Shown one piece after another: positions 8,252-18,972 of a DNA stretch of 48,478 bases. The DNA is from a bacterium (GTDB taxonomy: Bacteria > Patescibacteriota > Patescibacteriia > Magasanikbacterales > GWA2-37-8): NCBI GenBank assembly GCA_021790135.1, contig JAJYIJ010000001.1:1-48478 (forward strand). The letters are read 5' to 3'. The notes beneath the pieces are model-generated. The model searched no databases and was not told the DNA's origin. It saw nothing but the letters and a program-made list of their open reading frames with translations. The number at the start of each line of letters is the position of its first letter. Position 1 is the stretch's first letter. The position numbers and the translations under genes are program-made.

Positions 8252-8944
8252 ATGTCAATCCCAGAGCATGTGGTTTTAATCCCTGATGGCAACCGCCGTT
8301 GGGCCCGGGCGCAGGGTAAGCCGAGTTTTTTTGGACATCGGATGGGTGTCGCTGCCTTTGAAACGATTTTTGATTATGCCCTGCAGCAGGGTATTCCATA
8401 TGTTACTTTTTGGGGTTGTTCAATTAACAATATCCAAAAGCGTGACCCCAAGGAGATTAAATTTCTTCTGCAAACATTTAAAAAATATTTGAAGAAATTA
8501 GCACATTCCAAAAAAATTCAAAAAAATGACGTCAGGGTACGAGTACTTGGCGCCTGGCGGAACTATTTTCCGCCAGATGTCGCTGCCGCGGCCGAAGAAG
8601 CGATGGCAGCGACCAAGAGAAATTCTAAATATAATTTGACGTTACTTTTGGCCTATAATGGCGACGAAGAAATGCTCCGAGCGGTGCAGCAAATTATTAA
8701 AAGCGGAACAAAAAAAATAAATCCAGAGACAATTAAGCAAAATCTCTATACCAAAGAATTACCATTGGTTGATCTGTTAGTCAGAACCGGCGGCGATCCG
8801 CATCTGTCCACCGGATTTATGATGTGGGATACCCAAAATGCGGAATTGTATTTCACTGATAAGATGTGGCCGGAGTTTGATAAAAAGGAGTTTGATCGCG
8901 CCTTGGAATTTTTTGGCCAGGCGGGACGTCGTTTAGGTAAATAA
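8252..8944 (+). CDS. uppS: Undecaprenyl-diphosphate synthase (cis-isoprenyl transferase)
   Basis: [17 protein letters not shown] motif, plus LLAYNGDEE and [20 protein letters not shown] blocks typical of UppS. Confidence 0.92.
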   Translation: MSIPEHVVLIPDGNRRWARAQGKPSFFGHRMGVAAFETIFDYALQQGIPYVTFWGCSINNIQKRDPKEIKFLLQTFKKYLKKLAHSKKIQKNDVRVRVLGAWRNYFPPDVAAAAEEAMAATKRNSKYNLTLLLAYNGDEEMLRAVQQIIKSGTKKINPETIKQNLYTKELPLVDLLVRTGGDPHLSTGFMMWDTQNAELYFTDKMWPEFDKKEFDRALEFFGQAGRRLGK

Positions 8945-8949
8945 TTTTT

Positions 8950-10020
8950 ATGTCTTTTTCCATCGGAATTGTTGGTCTACCGAATGTTGGCAAATCAACG
9001 CTTTTCAACGCTTTGACCAGAAGCAAACAGGCGCTGGCGGCCAATTATCCCTTTGCCACCATTGATCCGAATGTTGGCGTGGTGGAGGTGCCCGATGAGC
9101 GCCTGCAAAAATTAGCCGCAGTCTCTCAGTCCAAAAAAATTATTCCGACAACAATCGAATTCGTGGATATTGCCGGCTTGGTTAAAGGCGCTTCCGAAGG
9201 CGAGGGATTGGGGAATAAATTTCTTTCTCACATCCGCGAAGTAGATGCCATCGCCCAAGTAGTCAGAGCGTTTACCGACACGAACGTTATCCATGTCCAT
9301 AATCGCGTTAATCCCCAAGACGATGCGGCAATTGTAAATACTGAATTAGCTTTGGCTGATTTGCAAACGGTTGAAAAAAAATTGGAAAACGCTCGACGAA
9401 TGGCTAAGGGTGTCGGAATAAAAGAGTACGGGCCGCAACTCGCACTTTTTGAACGAGTGTATGCCCAATTGCAAAAGGGCGCGCCGGCTCGCGAGCTGGA
9501 ATACTCTGAAGAGGAGTTGTTGATTTTGCGTGATTTATATTTATTAACAATGAAGCCGATGCTGTATGTCGTCAATGTTGACGAAGCGGTCGGAGATATT
9601 CCTCGAATTAGTGAAAAAGCGGAACAGATTGAGATCAGCGCGAAATTAGAAGCGGAATTGGCAGATCTGTCATCGGAAGAAGCACGGGAATATTTAAAAG
9701 AAGTAGGCACGAGCGAAACTGGTTTGGATAAACTGATTAAGACGGGCTACAAACTCTTAAATCTGGTGACTTTTTTGACTTCAGGCGAACCGGAAACACG
9801 CGCTTGGACGGTTAAAGCCGACACCAAGGCTCCCGAAGCTGCTGGCGTTATTCATACCGATTTTATCAAAGGTTTCATCAAGGCTGATGTTGTGAACTGG
9901 CAGGACTTTGTTGCCGCCGGCGGGTGGAGTAAAATAAAAGAAACCGGCAAATTGCGCCTGGAAGGTAAAGAGTACATTGTCCAGGATGGTGATGTCATTT
10001 ACTTCCATATCAACGCCTAA
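8950..10020 (+). CDS. ychF: Ribosome-binding ATPase YchF
   Basis: [19 protein letters not shown]-loop, [23 protein letters not shown], and a C-terminal TGS-like block [18 protein letters not shown]. Confidence 0.95.
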   Translation: MSFSIGIVGLPNVGKSTLFNALTRSKQALAANYPFATIDPNVGVVEVPDERLQKLAAVSQSKKIIPTTIEFVDIAGLVKGASEGEGLGNKFLSHIREVDAIAQVVRAFTDTNVIHVHNRVNPQDDAAIVNTELALADLQTVEKKLENARRMAKGVGIKEYGPQLALFERVYAQLQKGAPARELEYSEEELLILRDLYLLTMKPMLYVVNVDEAVGDIPRISEKAEQIEISAKLEAELADLSSEEAREYLKEVGTSETGLDKLIKTGYKLLNLVTFLTSGEPETRAWTVKADTKAPEAAGVIHTDFIKGFIKADVVNWQDFVAAGGWSKIKETGKLRLEGKEYIVQDGDVIYFHINA

Positions 10021-10788
10021 ATGACCTCGTCGTTGGCATATCTACGTCCAACTTCTATGTCAGTTGCTGACAATCACCACAATCCATCTTTCATCCATCA
10101 TCAAAAAACATTAAGCAGCGCGCTTGTGCGCGAAGTTGTTTTTGGAATAGAAGATGGCATGGTTTCCACTATGGGCGCGGTGACGGGTATCGCCGCAGCG
10201 ACGGTGCATCATTATACTGTCGTTTTAGCCGGACTGGTTATAATTTCAGTCGAATCAATTTCCATGGCCGTCGGTTCGTATCTTTCCAGTAAGTCGGAAC
10301 GAGAAATAGAAGAACGAAAATTGCACGAAGAACGAAGTGAGATTAAAGACTTTCCGAGGGAAGAGGAAGAGGAACTGGCGGAAATGTATGTCCACGATGG
10401 TTGGCCGGCAGAACTGGCTGAGCCGATGGCCAAAGCGGCCGCCAGTAACCATTCACTTTTGTTACAGGAGATGGCCTACCGGGAATTGAAAATCATACCG
10501 GAAAAATTAGAGCATCCATTATCCAACGCTCTCGCGATGGGGGTGTCATATATAATTGGGAGTTTGTTGTCACTTCTACCCTATCTTTTTATCAATAATG
10601 TTTTGTTGGCTTTGCCGGTTGCCATCGTCGGCACCCTCGTCGGCCTCTTTATTATCGGTATTGTGGCGGCTCGATTTGCGCGCCGAAGCTGGTGGAAAGG
10701 AGGGTTAGAAATGCTTGTTTTAGCAAGCGCAGCTGGATTCATCGGTTACATTGTTGGGCAGGCCGCTGATAAAGCGATTGTCCATTAG
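10021..10788 (+). CDS. VIT1/CCC1-family (Fe/Mn) membrane transporter
   Basis: VFGIEDGMVSTMGAVTGIAAA block, an acidic cytoplasmic loop (EEEEELAEMY) and C-terminal TM helices. The start is adjacent to the ychF stop. Confidence 0.65.
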   Translation: MTSSLAYLRPTSMSVADNHHNPSFIHHQKTLSSALVREVVFGIEDGMVSTMGAVTGIAAATVHHYTVVLAGLVIISVESISMAVGSYLSSKSEREIEERKLHEERSEIKDFPREEEEELAEMYVHDGWPAELAEPMAKAAASNHSLLLQEMAYRELKIIPEKLEHPLSNALAMGVSYIIGSLLSLLPYLFINNVLLALPVAIVGTLVGLFIIGIVAARFARRSWWKGGLEMLVLASAAGFIGYIVGQAADKAIVH

Positions 10789-11996
10789 TTGTTTGGTATA
10801 ACAAATTTCCAAATTTCTCGAGCGACATGTTGGTCCGGACGATGGTAAAGAAGAAAAGGCTCTGAATGAAGAGACGGTGGTAGCAGGGCTTGTGGAACAA
10901 AGCCAAGTTGAACGAGTTTAGGTACCAGACGCTCAGAAATAGTAAGCCACCCGTTTGTTTTCTTGAAACGGGGAACGACAAAAATGATCACTCCCCCCGG
11001 ACGGAGGATTTTTTTAAATTGCTGAAAAGAAGTGAAATAAAGAGCAAGCAGATCATTGCTGGAATTTTCCAGCTCAGCTGGAGAGGCATGGCCAGTTTGG
11101 GGCGGACCAAGAAATGGCTCAGTAACGATGGCGTCGATTGAATGGGCTGGAAGCCGATCGACAAGTGATTGCACATCACCAACCTCAAGTTTGGCCTGGC
11201 CAGAAATCGTTTTCCATTGTCCTTTTAGCCAATCAATATTTTTTTGCGAATCGGCAATTGCCTTGGGAGAAACATCAGAACCACTAACAGTTGAAAAACC
11301 GCGCATGAGGGCTTCCATTAAAATTGTTCCTGAGCCGCAAAAGGGATCAAGGATTGAGGCGCTTAAAGGCGCACCGGAAAAATTGAGCAGCATGAGCGCT
11401 AATTTGGGGGGCAACATTCCGCTCCGGGCGTCGCTCGCCGGTCGGCCATAGTCTCGTTTGCTAAAATCTTCAAATGGCTGTAGTGCCACCGTTCTCGCCA
11501 GCATGAAACTATTCCCCTTGGGCACAATAAGAAATTCCACGCCGCGATCGACAAGGCCATTATGAAAAACCGTTGCCGAGGACAAGATAGGAGTGCGATT
11601 CTGAATATACCGTACCGATCGCCCTTGATTTTTGCCGGCGCGTTTTATGGCTTTGCCAAGAGTTTCAAGGTCCTTAGTAGTGAGGTGTGCCTTTCCAGAT
11701 TCTGATTGATAAAAACTTAAACCAAAAACAATTTTTCCCGGGAGAGGCGTCAAAAAAGACAGACATATATCAGGGAATGAAGCTAGTGTGACGTTATGAG
11801 CCAACTCCTTTGCAATTTTGACTGTCCCCCCGAGCTGTTTCACGAGCGGTCCGGGTTCTTGTGCAGACAAGATCGAAACAATATTTGGCTGCAGCCAATT
11901 AAATGTAGTTACTTTGGTTGCTGCTAAAATTTCAGCGAGCGATAGCAGTGGTTCTCGTCCTAGGACAAACCAATAAGGTTTGGAAGATAAAGGCAT
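10785..11996 (-). CDS. Class I SAM-dependent RNA (or DNA) methyltransferase, UPF0020/TRM11/RlmL-like
   Basis: SAM motif I is LDPFCGSGTILMEAL, and the catalytic-like motif IV is IVTEPFLGPP. I moved the start to the ATG at 11996, 2 nt past the upstream stop; the ORF-track start 12077 would overlap the upstream gene by 80 nt. Confidence 0.65.
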   Translation of the reverse strand: MPLSSKPYWFVLGREPLLSLAEILAATKVTTFNWLQPNIVSILSAQEPGPLVKQLGGTVKIAKELAHNVTLASFPDICLSFLTPLPGKIVFGLSFYQSESGKAHLTTKDLETLGKAIKRAGKNQGRSVRYIQNRTPILSSATVFHNGLVDRGVEFLIVPKGNSFMLARTVALQPFEDFSKRDYGRPASDARSGMLPPKLALMLLNFSGAPLSASILDPFCGSGTILMEALMRGFSTVSGSDVSPKAIADSQKNIDWLKGQWKTISGQAKLEVGDVQSLVDRLPAHSIDAIVTEPFLGPPQTGHASPAELENSSNDLLALYFTSFQQFKKILRPGGVIIFVVPRFKKTNGWLTISERLVPKLVQLGFVPQALLPPSLHSEPFLLYHRPDQHVAREIWKFVIPNN

Positions 11997-11997
11997 A

Positions 11998-12369
11998 TTA
12001 TGGCGTATTTTTGGAAGAGCTTGTTGATGAAGCGGGAGTGGATGCATTTGTTGATGAAGCGTAGGAAAAAATGTCACGAATCGGGAAGGCGAAAGTTGAA
12101 GAGGAATTTTTCAAAGCCACCAAATGAGCGGCATTTTGAAAGAAGGTTTCATTAATTTGATTGATCGAGGCCGAAGAACTAAGGACGATGATACTATGGG
12201 CGTCATCAAGTGTGCGGTAGACATAGGTGTAGGTGAAGTAGGCGCCAAGAATAACACTCGCGGTTAAAAAACCAAATAAAAGTATCGTGAACACCTCCCA
12301 GCGTTCATAAATAGTGCTTTTACGCCAAGAGCGATTTTCAATCTTTATTTTAAGATTAAGGAGTGACAT
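11998..12369 (-). CDS. Hypothetical single-pass membrane protein, last gene of T4P locus 1
   Basis: ORF with one TM helix (VFTILLFGFLTASVILGAYF) and a Ser/Thr-rich tail. No prepilin motif. The start is ambiguous (12369 or 12414) and overlaps the pilO-like stop. Confidence 0.45.
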   Translation of the reverse strand: MSLLNLKIKIENRSWRKSTIYERWEVFTILLFGFLTASVILGAYFTYTYVYRTLDDAHSIIVLSSSASINQINETFFQNAAHLVALKNSSSTFAFPIRDIFSYASSTNASTPASSTSSSKNTP

Positions 12370-12904
12370 AGAGATGAAAATCAAGGTTGAGCGTATAGGT
12401 TTGATTTTGGCCACTTAATGGGGGGCCAAAATTTTGGGTCGGTGACAGGTAGAGATGCGTTATCGTGATAAAAAAAGGTCCATGTTCTAAGTCGTCCAGA
12501 TAACGCAAGGTGTTTTGATATTGCCCGGTAAGGGCAAGGGACATGGTAATTTGTTGACTATGGTTGGCATCGAGGTTTGAACTGACGACTTTTTGTGTGA
12601 TGGAATCTTTTTGGGCCGTACCCTCAAGGAAAGTGATGAGGTTTAATTCTTGGCCAGCATGGAACAGATGCACGGAATAAGGAGCCACTGCTGTTTTGTC
12701 TTTTGAAATTTCCGCGAGCATCGAATGGACGGTCAAGTCGTTTTGGTAACGTTGTTCGAGCGACATACGAAGATCGTAGGTCTCTTGGTCGAGTTGTTGG
12801 ATGCTGCGGACGGTTGGGACAATAACAAAGCCAATAATTGCTAAGCTGCCGGCGGCAAAAAGGGCGGTAATCAAAATTATTTTTTTACTGAAAGTAAGAT
12901 GCAT
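12356..12904 (-). CDS. PilO-like type IV pilus assembly protein
   Basis: N-terminal TM helix followed by a coiled-coil (IQQLDQETYDLRMSLEQRYQ), located directly after pilM-pilN. The call rests mainly on architecture and synteny. Confidence 0.5.
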   Translation of the reverse strand: MHLTFSKKIILITALFAAGSLAIIGFVIVPTVRSIQQLDQETYDLRMSLEQRYQNDLTVHSMLAEISKDKTAVAPYSVHLFHAGQELNLITFLEGTAQKDSITQKVVSSNLDANHSQQITMSLALTGQYQNTLRYLDDLEHGPFFITITHLYLSPTQNFGPPLSGQNQTYTLNLDFHLYVTP

Positions 12905-12919
12905 AGAATGCTCGGATAA

Positions 12920-13477
12920 TCATGAAGCGGGTGGCTTCAGTGTGGGAAAACCTTTTAAAGTGGCATGCAACTCAAAATGAATATCAGTTACTTGAAAGAG
13001 CTGAGAAGTTGGTAAGGTTACGTTCGATATATTCTGATCTTTTTCCATCGTCATTTCATAGTTTAAAAGATCTTGTCGAGTATTTGCGATGCCATCAAGG
13101 AGAAGCGTGGAAGAGTCACGGTCAATTTGTAGTGAGGTCAGTTTTATTGAAGGAGGCAAGGTGGTAATAATCTCATTCACGAAAGGAGCAACAGGAGCAA
13201 AGTCACGCCCAGCCTGAACCACATTTTTTGTTGCCATATTAATTGCACTTACTTCAGAGTTGACGACAGGATAGCCGCGGTTGACCAGAAGGGAGCTTTT
13301 CGCCAAATCGCTGAGACTGCCCGTCAAAATCAGCCAACCAAGTAAAAAAGTAATGGCTAAAAGAGCGCTTGTGAAAACTACAAACTCAAGCAGCTCTTTG
13401 ACAAACAAAAATTTGATTAGCCGCAGCAAACGCGTTTTTCGTTGGGGGGAAAGTAGATTGAGGCGAATTGGCATCAT
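12920..13477 (-). CDS. pilN: PilN-like type IV pilus assembly protein
   Basis: N-terminal IRLNLLSP motif (PilN INLLP-like), then one TM helix. There is a 4-nt start/stop overlap with pilM. Confidence 0.6.
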   Translation of the reverse strand: MMPIRLNLLSPQRKTRLLRLIKFLFVKELLEFVVFTSALLAITFLLGWLILTGSLSDLAKSSLLVNRGYPVVNSEVSAINMATKNVVQAGRDFAPVAPFVNEIITTLPPSIKLTSLQIDRDSSTLLLDGIANTRQDLLNYEMTMEKDQNISNVTLPTSQLFQVTDIHFELHATLKGFPTLKPPAS

Positions 13478-14580
13478 AGAGAGGCGGCTGATTGTAGCGG
13501 ATTCTCAGCGGCTCGAAGCGCCAAACCAAGGGCACAGGGTAGAGTAAGCCCCTGAGCTTTTGTTTCGTCGCTTACCGGCAGAGAAGAAACATTTTTCCAG
13601 GCGTTTCCAGGGTGCGAGGAGATATGTAATTTGTGTGATAGGACGGAGTCAAGATTTTTGAAAAGAGCAAAGCCTCCGCAGATAGTGATGTGAGTGATTG
13701 GATTAGTATCGGCGAAGTGGTCTTTGTAAAAAGAGAGTATCCGCTTGATCTCCTCGACGAGTCGGTCAACTTGGGCATCGACAATATTTAAATATTTCGG
13801 ATTTTTTTTATCGTACACGACGCCATTTTCAATTTTAATTTTTTCCGCCTCTTCATAGTGGATGCCAAGGCCCTCTGCCAAGGCCGTAGTTACGAGCTCA
13901 CCTGAGAAGGCGATTGTGGCACTAAATTGAATGCTATTTTTATCATAGATTATAATGTTGGATCGGGTCGCACCGATGTTTAGAATTGCTCTCCCGATAC
14001 CTGAGTAGTCTTTGAGTTCGGTAATCATCGTCCGTGCGATTGCGACACTTTCCAATTCAAGTGCTAATGGGTTGAGGCCAGCTGCTTCAAATAGGTAAGT
14101 GTACGTGTCAGCTAGACTTTTGGGCACCCCGCCAATCAGTACCTGGCACATTTTTGACGCTTTATTTTCGTCTGGAATGATTTGCCAATCAAGGTATGCC
14201 TCATTGAGGTCAAAAGGCAGATGTTTCGTGGCATAGAAACTGATGTCGTCAAAAGTCAATTCCGTTTCTGGTGTTGGAATTTCGATTAACTTCAGAAATG
14301 TTTTTGATTCCGGAAGCGAAGCGACAACCCACGGAGATTTCAGCGCTTTTTGGCCGCCCTCTTTAGATAATAAATGTAGAATTTTTTTTCTCACTATTTC
14401 CGGCTGTTGTATTTCTCCGTTGACAATACAACCTGGCATGAGGTGGGCGGTCCGGATTGTTTCAACGCTGAAATAGCGTGCTTTATTCAAGGGATGATGG
14501 CGTTTAAGCTGCACCAGTTTAATGGACAGGTCACCGATATCCAATCCAAAAGCGCCAGGAAAAGGGTTGGCAAGAAACAT
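13474..14580 (-). CDS. pilM: Type IV pilus assembly protein PilM (actin-like ATPase fold)
   Basis: FGLDIGDLSIKLVQL phosphate-1 motif, a later ILNIGATRSNIIIYD block, and position upstream of pilN. Confidence 0.8.
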   Translation of the reverse strand: MFLANPFPGAFGLDIGDLSIKLVQLKRHHPLNKARYFSVETIRTAHLMPGCIVNGEIQQPEIVRKKILHLLSKEGGQKALKSPWVVASLPESKTFLKLIEIPTPETELTFDDISFYATKHLPFDLNEAYLDWQIIPDENKASKMCQVLIGGVPKSLADTYTYLFEAAGLNPLALELESVAIARTMITELKDYSGIGRAILNIGATRSNIIIYDKNSIQFSATIAFSGELVTTALAEGLGIHYEEAEKIKIENGVVYDKKNPKYLNIVDAQVDRLVEEIKRILSFYKDHFADTNPITHITICGGFALFKNLDSVLSHKLHISSHPGNAWKNVSSLPVSDETKAQGLTLPCALGLALRAAENPLQSAASL

Positions 14581-14583
14581 AGG

Positions 14584-15681
14584 TCAAAAACTTTGCGCGA
14601 GTGAGTACATCGGCATGATGACCGCGACCGCAATAAAAGCGACGGCTACGCCAAGCAGCAGAATAATAACCGGTTCGATGATGGTTGAAAAATTTTTCAT
14701 CGTCTCATCAACTGTTTCGCTATAGTAAGTGGCAAGTTCTTTGAGCATTTGTTCGAGCTGGCCCGCCTGTTCGCCGACCATAATCATTTGTACAACCATC
14801 GGTGGAAACTGCACAGGGTATTTTTTGAGTGTTTCAGACAGCGATTCTCCTTTTTTCAAGGCTTCTGAAACGAGGAGTAAGTCTTCCCGATAGGTAATGT
14901 TGCTTTCAACGCTGGCCGTAATGCGAATAGCATCGATAATTGGAATTGCGCTGGCAAGAAGCGATGAAAGCGTCATGGTGAAACGAGCAAGATTAATTTT
15001 TTTTATGATTCCACCAAAAATAGGAACATACAAATTCAAAGCGTGGACACGCCGCCGTACTGCCGGTTGGTGTTCAATCCACACCAGTAATGAAATGAGA
15101 GCCACGAGTCCAACCGCAATAAAAATTCCGTAATTTTTGACACCGTTGACAATAAAGACGAGCAGACGGGTCGCAAAAGGCAACTGGACATGTGAATCAT
15201 TGAACATTGAAATAATGTTTGGAAGTACAAAAACAACCATTTCGATGCCGATTCCGATCATGGCCGTCAAAATAACACCCGGATAAATGAGGGCGCCTTT
15301 AATGTGTGATGTAAGCGCCTGGCTTTTCTTCATCTGTGAGCTAACCTCACGCAAAGAATCTTCAATTTTTCCGGCCATTTCCCCGGCTGCGATCATACTG
15401 ACATAGATCGGCGGAAAAATTTTAGGAAATTCTTTCAAAACCTCACTCAATTGCCGGCCCTTTTCCACCTGTTCTTTAACTTGCGAGATCAGTTTTTGCA
15501 ATTTTTTATTTTCCACCTGGTTGGCTAAAATTTTGAGCGCATCGACGATCGAGAGGCCGGCCCGAACCATAATATATAAATTTTGCACGAAGAGCATTTT
15601 TTGCATGTTCGGGATGATGGTTAAATGGTCGTTGAGCCAATCCATCATTTTTTGTACTGTAGCGTTAGTTTTTTTTGCCAT
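14584..15681 (-). CDS. pilC: Type IV pilus platform protein PilC (GspF family), copy 1
   Basis: Duplicated T2SSF domains: PIYVSMIAAGEMAGKIEDSL and PPMVVQMIMVGEQAGQLEQML. Three TM segments and a canonical short C-terminus. Confidence 0.9.
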   Translation of the reverse strand: MAKKTNATVQKMMDWLNDHLTIIPNMQKMLFVQNLYIMVRAGLSIVDALKILANQVENKKLQKLISQVKEQVEKGRQLSEVLKEFPKIFPPIYVSMIAAGEMAGKIEDSLREVSSQMKKSQALTSHIKGALIYPGVILTAMIGIGIEMVVFVLPNIISMFNDSHVQLPFATRLLVFIVNGVKNYGIFIAVGLVALISLLVWIEHQPAVRRRVHALNLYVPIFGGIIKKINLARFTMTLSSLLASAIPIIDAIRITASVESNITYREDLLLVSEALKKGESLSETLKKYPVQFPPMVVQMIMVGEQAGQLEQMLKELATYYSETVDETMKNFSTIIEPVIILLLGVAVAFIAVAVIMPMYSLAQSF

Positions 15682-15734
15682 ACTGAAAAAATGTGCCGTC
15701 GTAACTAATATTCTGTTCGTTAAATTGGTCGCCC

Positions 15735-17465
15735 TTATTCTTTTGTCACTCGGAGGACTTCGCTAATGCTGGTGATACCAAGTTTGGCTTTTATGAGGCC
15801 GTCCTCCAGCATTGTCAGCATGCCGTGTTCTCGTGCGTAAGAGGTGATCGCGTTGGCGTCGGCTCTCTGATTAATCATTTTGACTATTTCCGGAACAATT
15901 TCAAGCACTTCATATATGCCGAGCCGGCCTTTATAACCAGTTTCCCCACAACGGTGGCAGCCCGCACCCTGGAAAAAGCTGAAGGTATCAATTTCTTTTT
16001 CGCTTTTTCCTTTAATGTTTTCTTTAAAAAGCTGTGATAGTTTTTTCGTATCGAAAGCTAAGGCCAATTCTTTGGTGGCTGCCTCATCAAGTTTGTATTC
16101 TTTTTTGCAATACGTACAAATTTTCCGCAATAGACGCTGAGCAATGATGATGTTAGCAGTGTAGGCGACCAAAAAAGGCGGAACGCCCATGTCAACAAGC
16201 CGAGGTAAGGTGGTGGCGGCATCATTAGTATGTAATGTCGATAACACCAGATGCCCAGTCATAGCAGCGTTGATGGCAATTTCAGCCGTTTCCTGATCAC
16301 GAATTTCACCGACCATAATAATATTTGGATCTTGACGCAAAAGCGCACGTAAGCCCGAGGCAAAGGTGAAACCAACTTTCGGGTTTACCTGACTTTGATT
16401 CACGCCTGGCATTCGGTACTCGATTGGATCTTCAATAGTAGAAATATTAACGCCGGGTTTGTTCAAAATTCCAAGTACCGAGTAGAGCGTGGTAGTTTTA
16501 CCGGAGCCAGTCGGCCCCGTGACCAAAATCATGCCATGTGGTTTAGTGATCGCCTCATCCACAAGTGAACGTGTTTTTTCCAGAAAGCCCAGTTGGTCGA
16601 GGCTTAAAGGTTTTGAATCCTCATGTAAAATACGCATGACAATTTTTTCACCATCATAGACAGGCAGGATGGAAACACGGAAAGCAACTTTATCGTCTTG
16701 AATCTGAATTTTGAACCGGCCATCCTGTGGAATCATGTGTTCATCAAGTTTAACATTTGCAAGAATTTTAATACGCGCGATGACACCGTTCTGAAGGCTT
16801 TTCGGCAGTGTCATGACGGGTTTCAAAATGCCATCGATACGATAGCGAACGACAATTTCTTTTTCTGTAGGTTCAATGTGAATATCAGAAGCATTTTCAT
16901 AGACACCATTTTCTAAGATGCTATTAATAATGGTGATGACCGAAATTGCCTCCGCCTGTTTTTTCAGATCGACGCCCGCTGCCTGCCCCTGACTTTCTTC
17001 AATAATCCGCAACTGTTCGCCCTCGAGTTCCGTGTGGTAAAAACGTAGGGCTTCGCGAAGATCACTTGGGGAGGTGATATACACTTTAGGTTCCAAACCA
17101 ATTTTACGGCGCAAGAATTCAATAGTTTGAAGATCGCTGGGGTCGGTCATTGCCAATTTTACTTCATTTGGCCCTTTTTCAAAGGCGACAACCTCATGCG
17201 TACCAGCGACCGGCGCGGGTATCAAAGACAATGTGTCCTTTTTGAATTCACGGCCATGAAGCGAAATAAAAGGAACTTCGTAATAAATACCGAGCTTTTG
17301 GTAGAGGTCGTTTTCTTCGACCAGGCCGTCGTCAATGAGGATAGCCAAAAGTGTTTTGTTCATTTTTCTGGCTTTCGTCTCTGCCGAACGAAGCTGGGTG
17401 GCGGTTATGGCGAGGCCGTATTTTTTATCTTTGATAAGTTTTTTGAGAATTTCCGTGTTTAACAT
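15735..17465 (-). CDS. pilB: Type IV pilus assembly ATPase PilB (GspE family), copy 1
   Basis: N-terminal T2SSE_N domain, Walker A VTGPTGSGKTTTLYS, Asp box, Walker B IIMVGEIRD, His box LSTLHTND and tetra-Cys motif CTYC...CHRC. Confidence 0.93.
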   Translation of the reverse strand: MLNTEILKKLIKDKKYGLAITATQLRSAETKARKMNKTLLAILIDDGLVEENDLYQKLGIYYEVPFISLHGREFKKDTLSLIPAPVAGTHEVVAFEKGPNEVKLAMTDPSDLQTIEFLRRKIGLEPKVYITSPSDLREALRFYHTELEGEQLRIIEESQGQAAGVDLKKQAEAISVITIINSILENGVYENASDIHIEPTEKEIVVRYRIDGILKPVMTLPKSLQNGVIARIKILANVKLDEHMIPQDGRFKIQIQDDKVAFRVSILPVYDGEKIVMRILHEDSKPLSLDQLGFLEKTRSLVDEAITKPHGMILVTGPTGSGKTTTLYSVLGILNKPGVNISTIEDPIEYRMPGVNQSQVNPKVGFTFASGLRALLRQDPNIIMVGEIRDQETAEIAINAAMTGHLVLSTLHTNDAATTLPRLVDMGVPPFLVAYTANIIIAQRLLRKICTYCKKEYKLDEAATKELALAFDTKKLSQLFKENIKGKSEKEIDTFSFFQGAGCHRCGETGYKGRLGIYEVLEIVPEIVKMINQRADANAITSYAREHGMLTMLEDGLIKAKLGITSISEVLRVTKE

Positions 17466-17620
17466 AACAGTTACCTTGTAGGTACCCTAGGAAGAATCAA
17501 CAGTATATAGTATAGCATAGGCAGCTTCATTTCTGAAGTTCATTTCCCTCTCACCAGATTAAAAAGAAGCAGCCATTGACTTTTTTGTAAAATATGCTAC
17601 TATAGGGGCACTCTTCGCTT

Positions 17621-17661
17621 GCTGCCTGCGCCATCGCTCCGGCGTCAAAATAATAGGCAGC
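17621..17661 (+). promoter_or_regulatory. Hairpin with internal loop in the rpsF 5' leader (possible S6:S18 autoregulatory leader)
   Basis: GCTGCCT (17621-17627) pairs with AGGCAGC (17655-17661), enclosing GCGCC/GGCGT. It lies 22 nt upstream of the rpsF ATG. I cannot verify identity with the described rpsF leader motif by eye. Confidence 0.25.
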
Positions 17662-17682
17662 TTTCATTCATATATTTTTGGT

Positions 17683-18189
17683 ATGCAAAAATACGAATTG
17701 TTGTTGATTTTGCCTGGCACCTTAAATGATCAGGAAGTCGAGGCGCGGTCACAGGAAATTCTTGGCCAAATTAAAGAATTAGCCGAGAATGCGGAACTAC
17801 AGAGTATGGGAAAAAATCGGCTTGCCTATCCCATCAAGCAAATTCGCTACGGCTATTATTACACGATAACATTTGAAGCCGCAGTTGATAAATTAAAGGA
17901 AATTCAGCAAAAGCTGAGCTTACTTCGTGATGTATTGCGCGCTGTCATTAGCCACTTCAGAACCGGCATCACTGCTCAGCAGAAAATAACTTACAGCACT
18001 GATGGTAGCGGTGTCACCACGATGAGTGAACGCGAGAACGCCACAACAGCACGCGTGTCAGATGTCCCGGCTGGAGAAACACAGCCAACAGCCGCAACGT
18101 CGCCCAAACCAACGGAAAAACTTGATATCGATAAAATCAATAAGAAATTAGATGATCTGATGAGTGGTGAGGTTATTTCAGGTGTTTAA
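17683..18189 (+). CDS. rpsF: 30S ribosomal protein S6 with a C-terminal extension
   Basis: MQKYELLLILPG...RLAYPIKQIRYGYY core, and rpsF-ssb-rpsR synteny. Confidence 0.92.
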   Translation: MQKYELLLILPGTLNDQEVEARSQEILGQIKELAENAELQSMGKNRLAYPIKQIRYGYYYTITFEAAVDKLKEIQQKLSLLRDVLRAVISHFRTGITAQQKITYSTDGSGVTTMSERENATTARVSDVPAGETQPTAATSPKPTEKLDIDKINKKLDDLMSGEVISGV

Positions 18190-18218
18190 TCGCATTTCAC
18201 GTATTTAATTTCACTTCT

Positions 18219-18653
18219 ATGGATCTCAATCGCGCCACGATTATTGGACGGTTAACCCGTGATCCGGAACTGCGTAGTCTCGGGAGCGGCCGTTCGGTTG
18301 CCTCATTTTCCGTCGCGACTGGCCGTCAATGGACTGACCAAAACGGTCAAAAGCAGAAACAAACTGAGTTCCACAACGTTGTCATGTGGGGCAAGTTGGC
18401 TGAAACTGCTAGCCAGTTTTTGCACAAAGCCTCACGCCTCTATGTGGAGGGCCGATTGCAAACCCGCGATTGGACTGGGCAAGATGGTGTGAAGCGAACG
18501 CGCACTGAAATTATCGCTGATAATTTTATTATGTTGGACAGTCGCCCGGCTGAGGGTGGTTTTGCGCCGGCAAGCACCAGTCATACTTCCTCCCCCATCC
18601 CGCCAGCGGAAGTCGTCGAAGAAGAGATCAAGGTTGAAGATATTCCATTTTAA
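18219..18653 (+). CDS. ssb: Single-stranded DNA-binding protein
   Basis: OB-fold N-terminus NRATIIGRLTRDPELR...TEFHNVVMWGKLAE and an acidic C-terminal tip EDIPF. Confidence 0.95.
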   Translation: MDLNRATIIGRLTRDPELRSLGSGRSVASFSVATGRQWTDQNGQKQKQTEFHNVVMWGKLAETASQFLHKASRLYVEGRLQTRDWTGQDGVKRTRTEIIADNFIMLDSRPAEGGFAPASTSHTSSPIPPAEVVEEEIKVEDIPF

Positions 18654-18661
18654 TCATTTTT

Positions 18662-18892
18662 ATGGCTCAAATAAGTACAACCAAAACCCCGCCAAAAGGC
18701 TGTTATTATTGTACCAACAACAAATTGATTGTTGATTATAAAGATGTGGGAACACTGCGCCGATTCGTTTCGTCGTATATGAAAATCGCTCCGCGCCGAC
18801 GTTCTGGTCTTTGTGCCAAGCATCAGCGGCAAGTCGCCAACGCCATTAAACGTTCACGCCAAGCCTGTTTGATGCCCTGCGTTTCTCGATAA
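18662..18892 (+). CDS. rpsR: 30S ribosomal protein S18
   Basis: DYKDVGTLRRFVSSYMKIAPRRRSGLCAKHQRQVANAIKRSR matches the S18 core. Synteny supports the call. Confidence 0.93.
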   Translation: MAQISTTKTPPKGCYYCTNNKLIVDYKDVGTLRRFVSSYMKIAPRRRSGLCAKHQRQVANAIKRSRQACLMPCVSR

Positions 18893-18917
18893 TAATTGGA
18901 TCAATAATAAAAAGAAA

Positions 18918-18949
18918 ACGGCGCCGCTTGATGGGTGGTGCCGTTTTTG
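18918..18949 (+). terminator. Rho-independent terminator after rpsR
   Basis: ACGGCGCC (18918-18925) pairs with GGTGCCGT (18937-18944), followed by TTTTT. Confidence 0.6.
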
Positions 18950-18972
18950 CCAGCAGAAGAGACGTCAATTTT